26,492 bases of DNA. Source: an uncultured Acidimicrobium sp. (GTDB taxonomy: Bacteria > Actinomycetota > Acidimicrobiia > Acidimicrobiales > Ilumatobacteraceae). The stretch is taken from NCBI GenBank assembly GCA_903850275.1, contig CAINLH010000108.1, positions 1 to 26,492 of the forward strand, written 5' to 3'. The first letter of the stretch is position 1. Every line of letters begins with the position of its first letter. Under the pieces are notes generated by a model, which saw nothing but the letters and a program-made list of their open reading frames with translations, ran no database searches and had not been told where the DNA came from. Both the position numbers and the translations under genes were made by a program. Shown here one piece after another: positions 26,248 through 26,492 of this stretch.

Positions 26248-26492
26248 TCAACCAATCCGATAGTCGTCTACGCGACTGGTGATTGCCTCTAAGACATCGG
26301 GCAATGGACGCACACCGATGCCCACCGTGTTCGGTACATCGATGTATCCATCTTTCAAAACGAATGGCTCGGTTACGTCTTGCACGAAGTAGCGATCGGA
26401 TGCGCTGGTGTCGCCTGGAAGTGTGAAGCCAGGCAGTGCAGCAAGCGCAAGGTTTGCAGCGCGGCCAATGCCGGTTTCCAACATTCCGCCAC
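26248..26492 (-). CDS. o-Succinylbenzoate synthase / N-acylamino acid racemase (enolase superfamily), 5' part outside window
   Basis: GGMLETGIGRAANLALAALPGFTLPGDTSASDRYF..D.TEPF...G...VP...G.GV closely resembles the C-terminus of Amycolatopsis-type OSBS/NAAAR (recalled, not searched). Confidence 0.85.
   Translation of the reverse strand, partial: GGMLETGIGRAANLALAALPGFTLPGDTSASDRYFVQDVTEPFVLKDGYIDVPNTVGIGVRPLPDVLEAITSRVDDYRIG

Noticed and set aside
1-26492. Mobile elements, CRISPR arrays, rRNA, long tandem repeats
   Set aside because: None seen by eye; nearly all sequence is explained by coding genes and gaps are short.

Overview
Actinomycetota chromosome window, most likely class Acidimicrobiia (inferred from gene order and protein style, no search run). 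Positions 1-21.7 kb are mostly a compact version of the conserved minus-strand actinobacterial backbone: tig-clpP-clpX-folC-ndk-mreBCD-mrdA-rodA-rne-rplU-rpmA-obgE-proB. A plus-strand dGTPase-like HD gene interrupts it between rpmA and obgE. The left end holds murJ and a MoxR AAA+/VWA/histidine-phosphatase operon. Right of tig lie a small unknown protein, a PLP enzyme lacking the desulfurase cysteine, tRNA-Pro(TGG) and an F420 PPOX-family gene. These are followed by a tightly coupled minus-strand operon: enolase-superfamily NAAAR/OSBS (truncated by the window), an ornithine-cyclodeaminase/mu-crystallin family protein, and a HAL/PAL-family lyase whose MIO-forming Ala-Ser-Gly is absent (GSVGSSDL). 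That operon is the best candidate for an undescribed system, probably catabolism of an N-substituted amino acid (inference). Other points: repeated leaderless-type promoters, an 18-bp near-palindrome holding back-to-back -10 boxes, a structured rne leader, a 4-Cys motif in PBP2 and a Thr/Pro-rich insert in MreC. No transposase, integrase or CRISPR array was seen.
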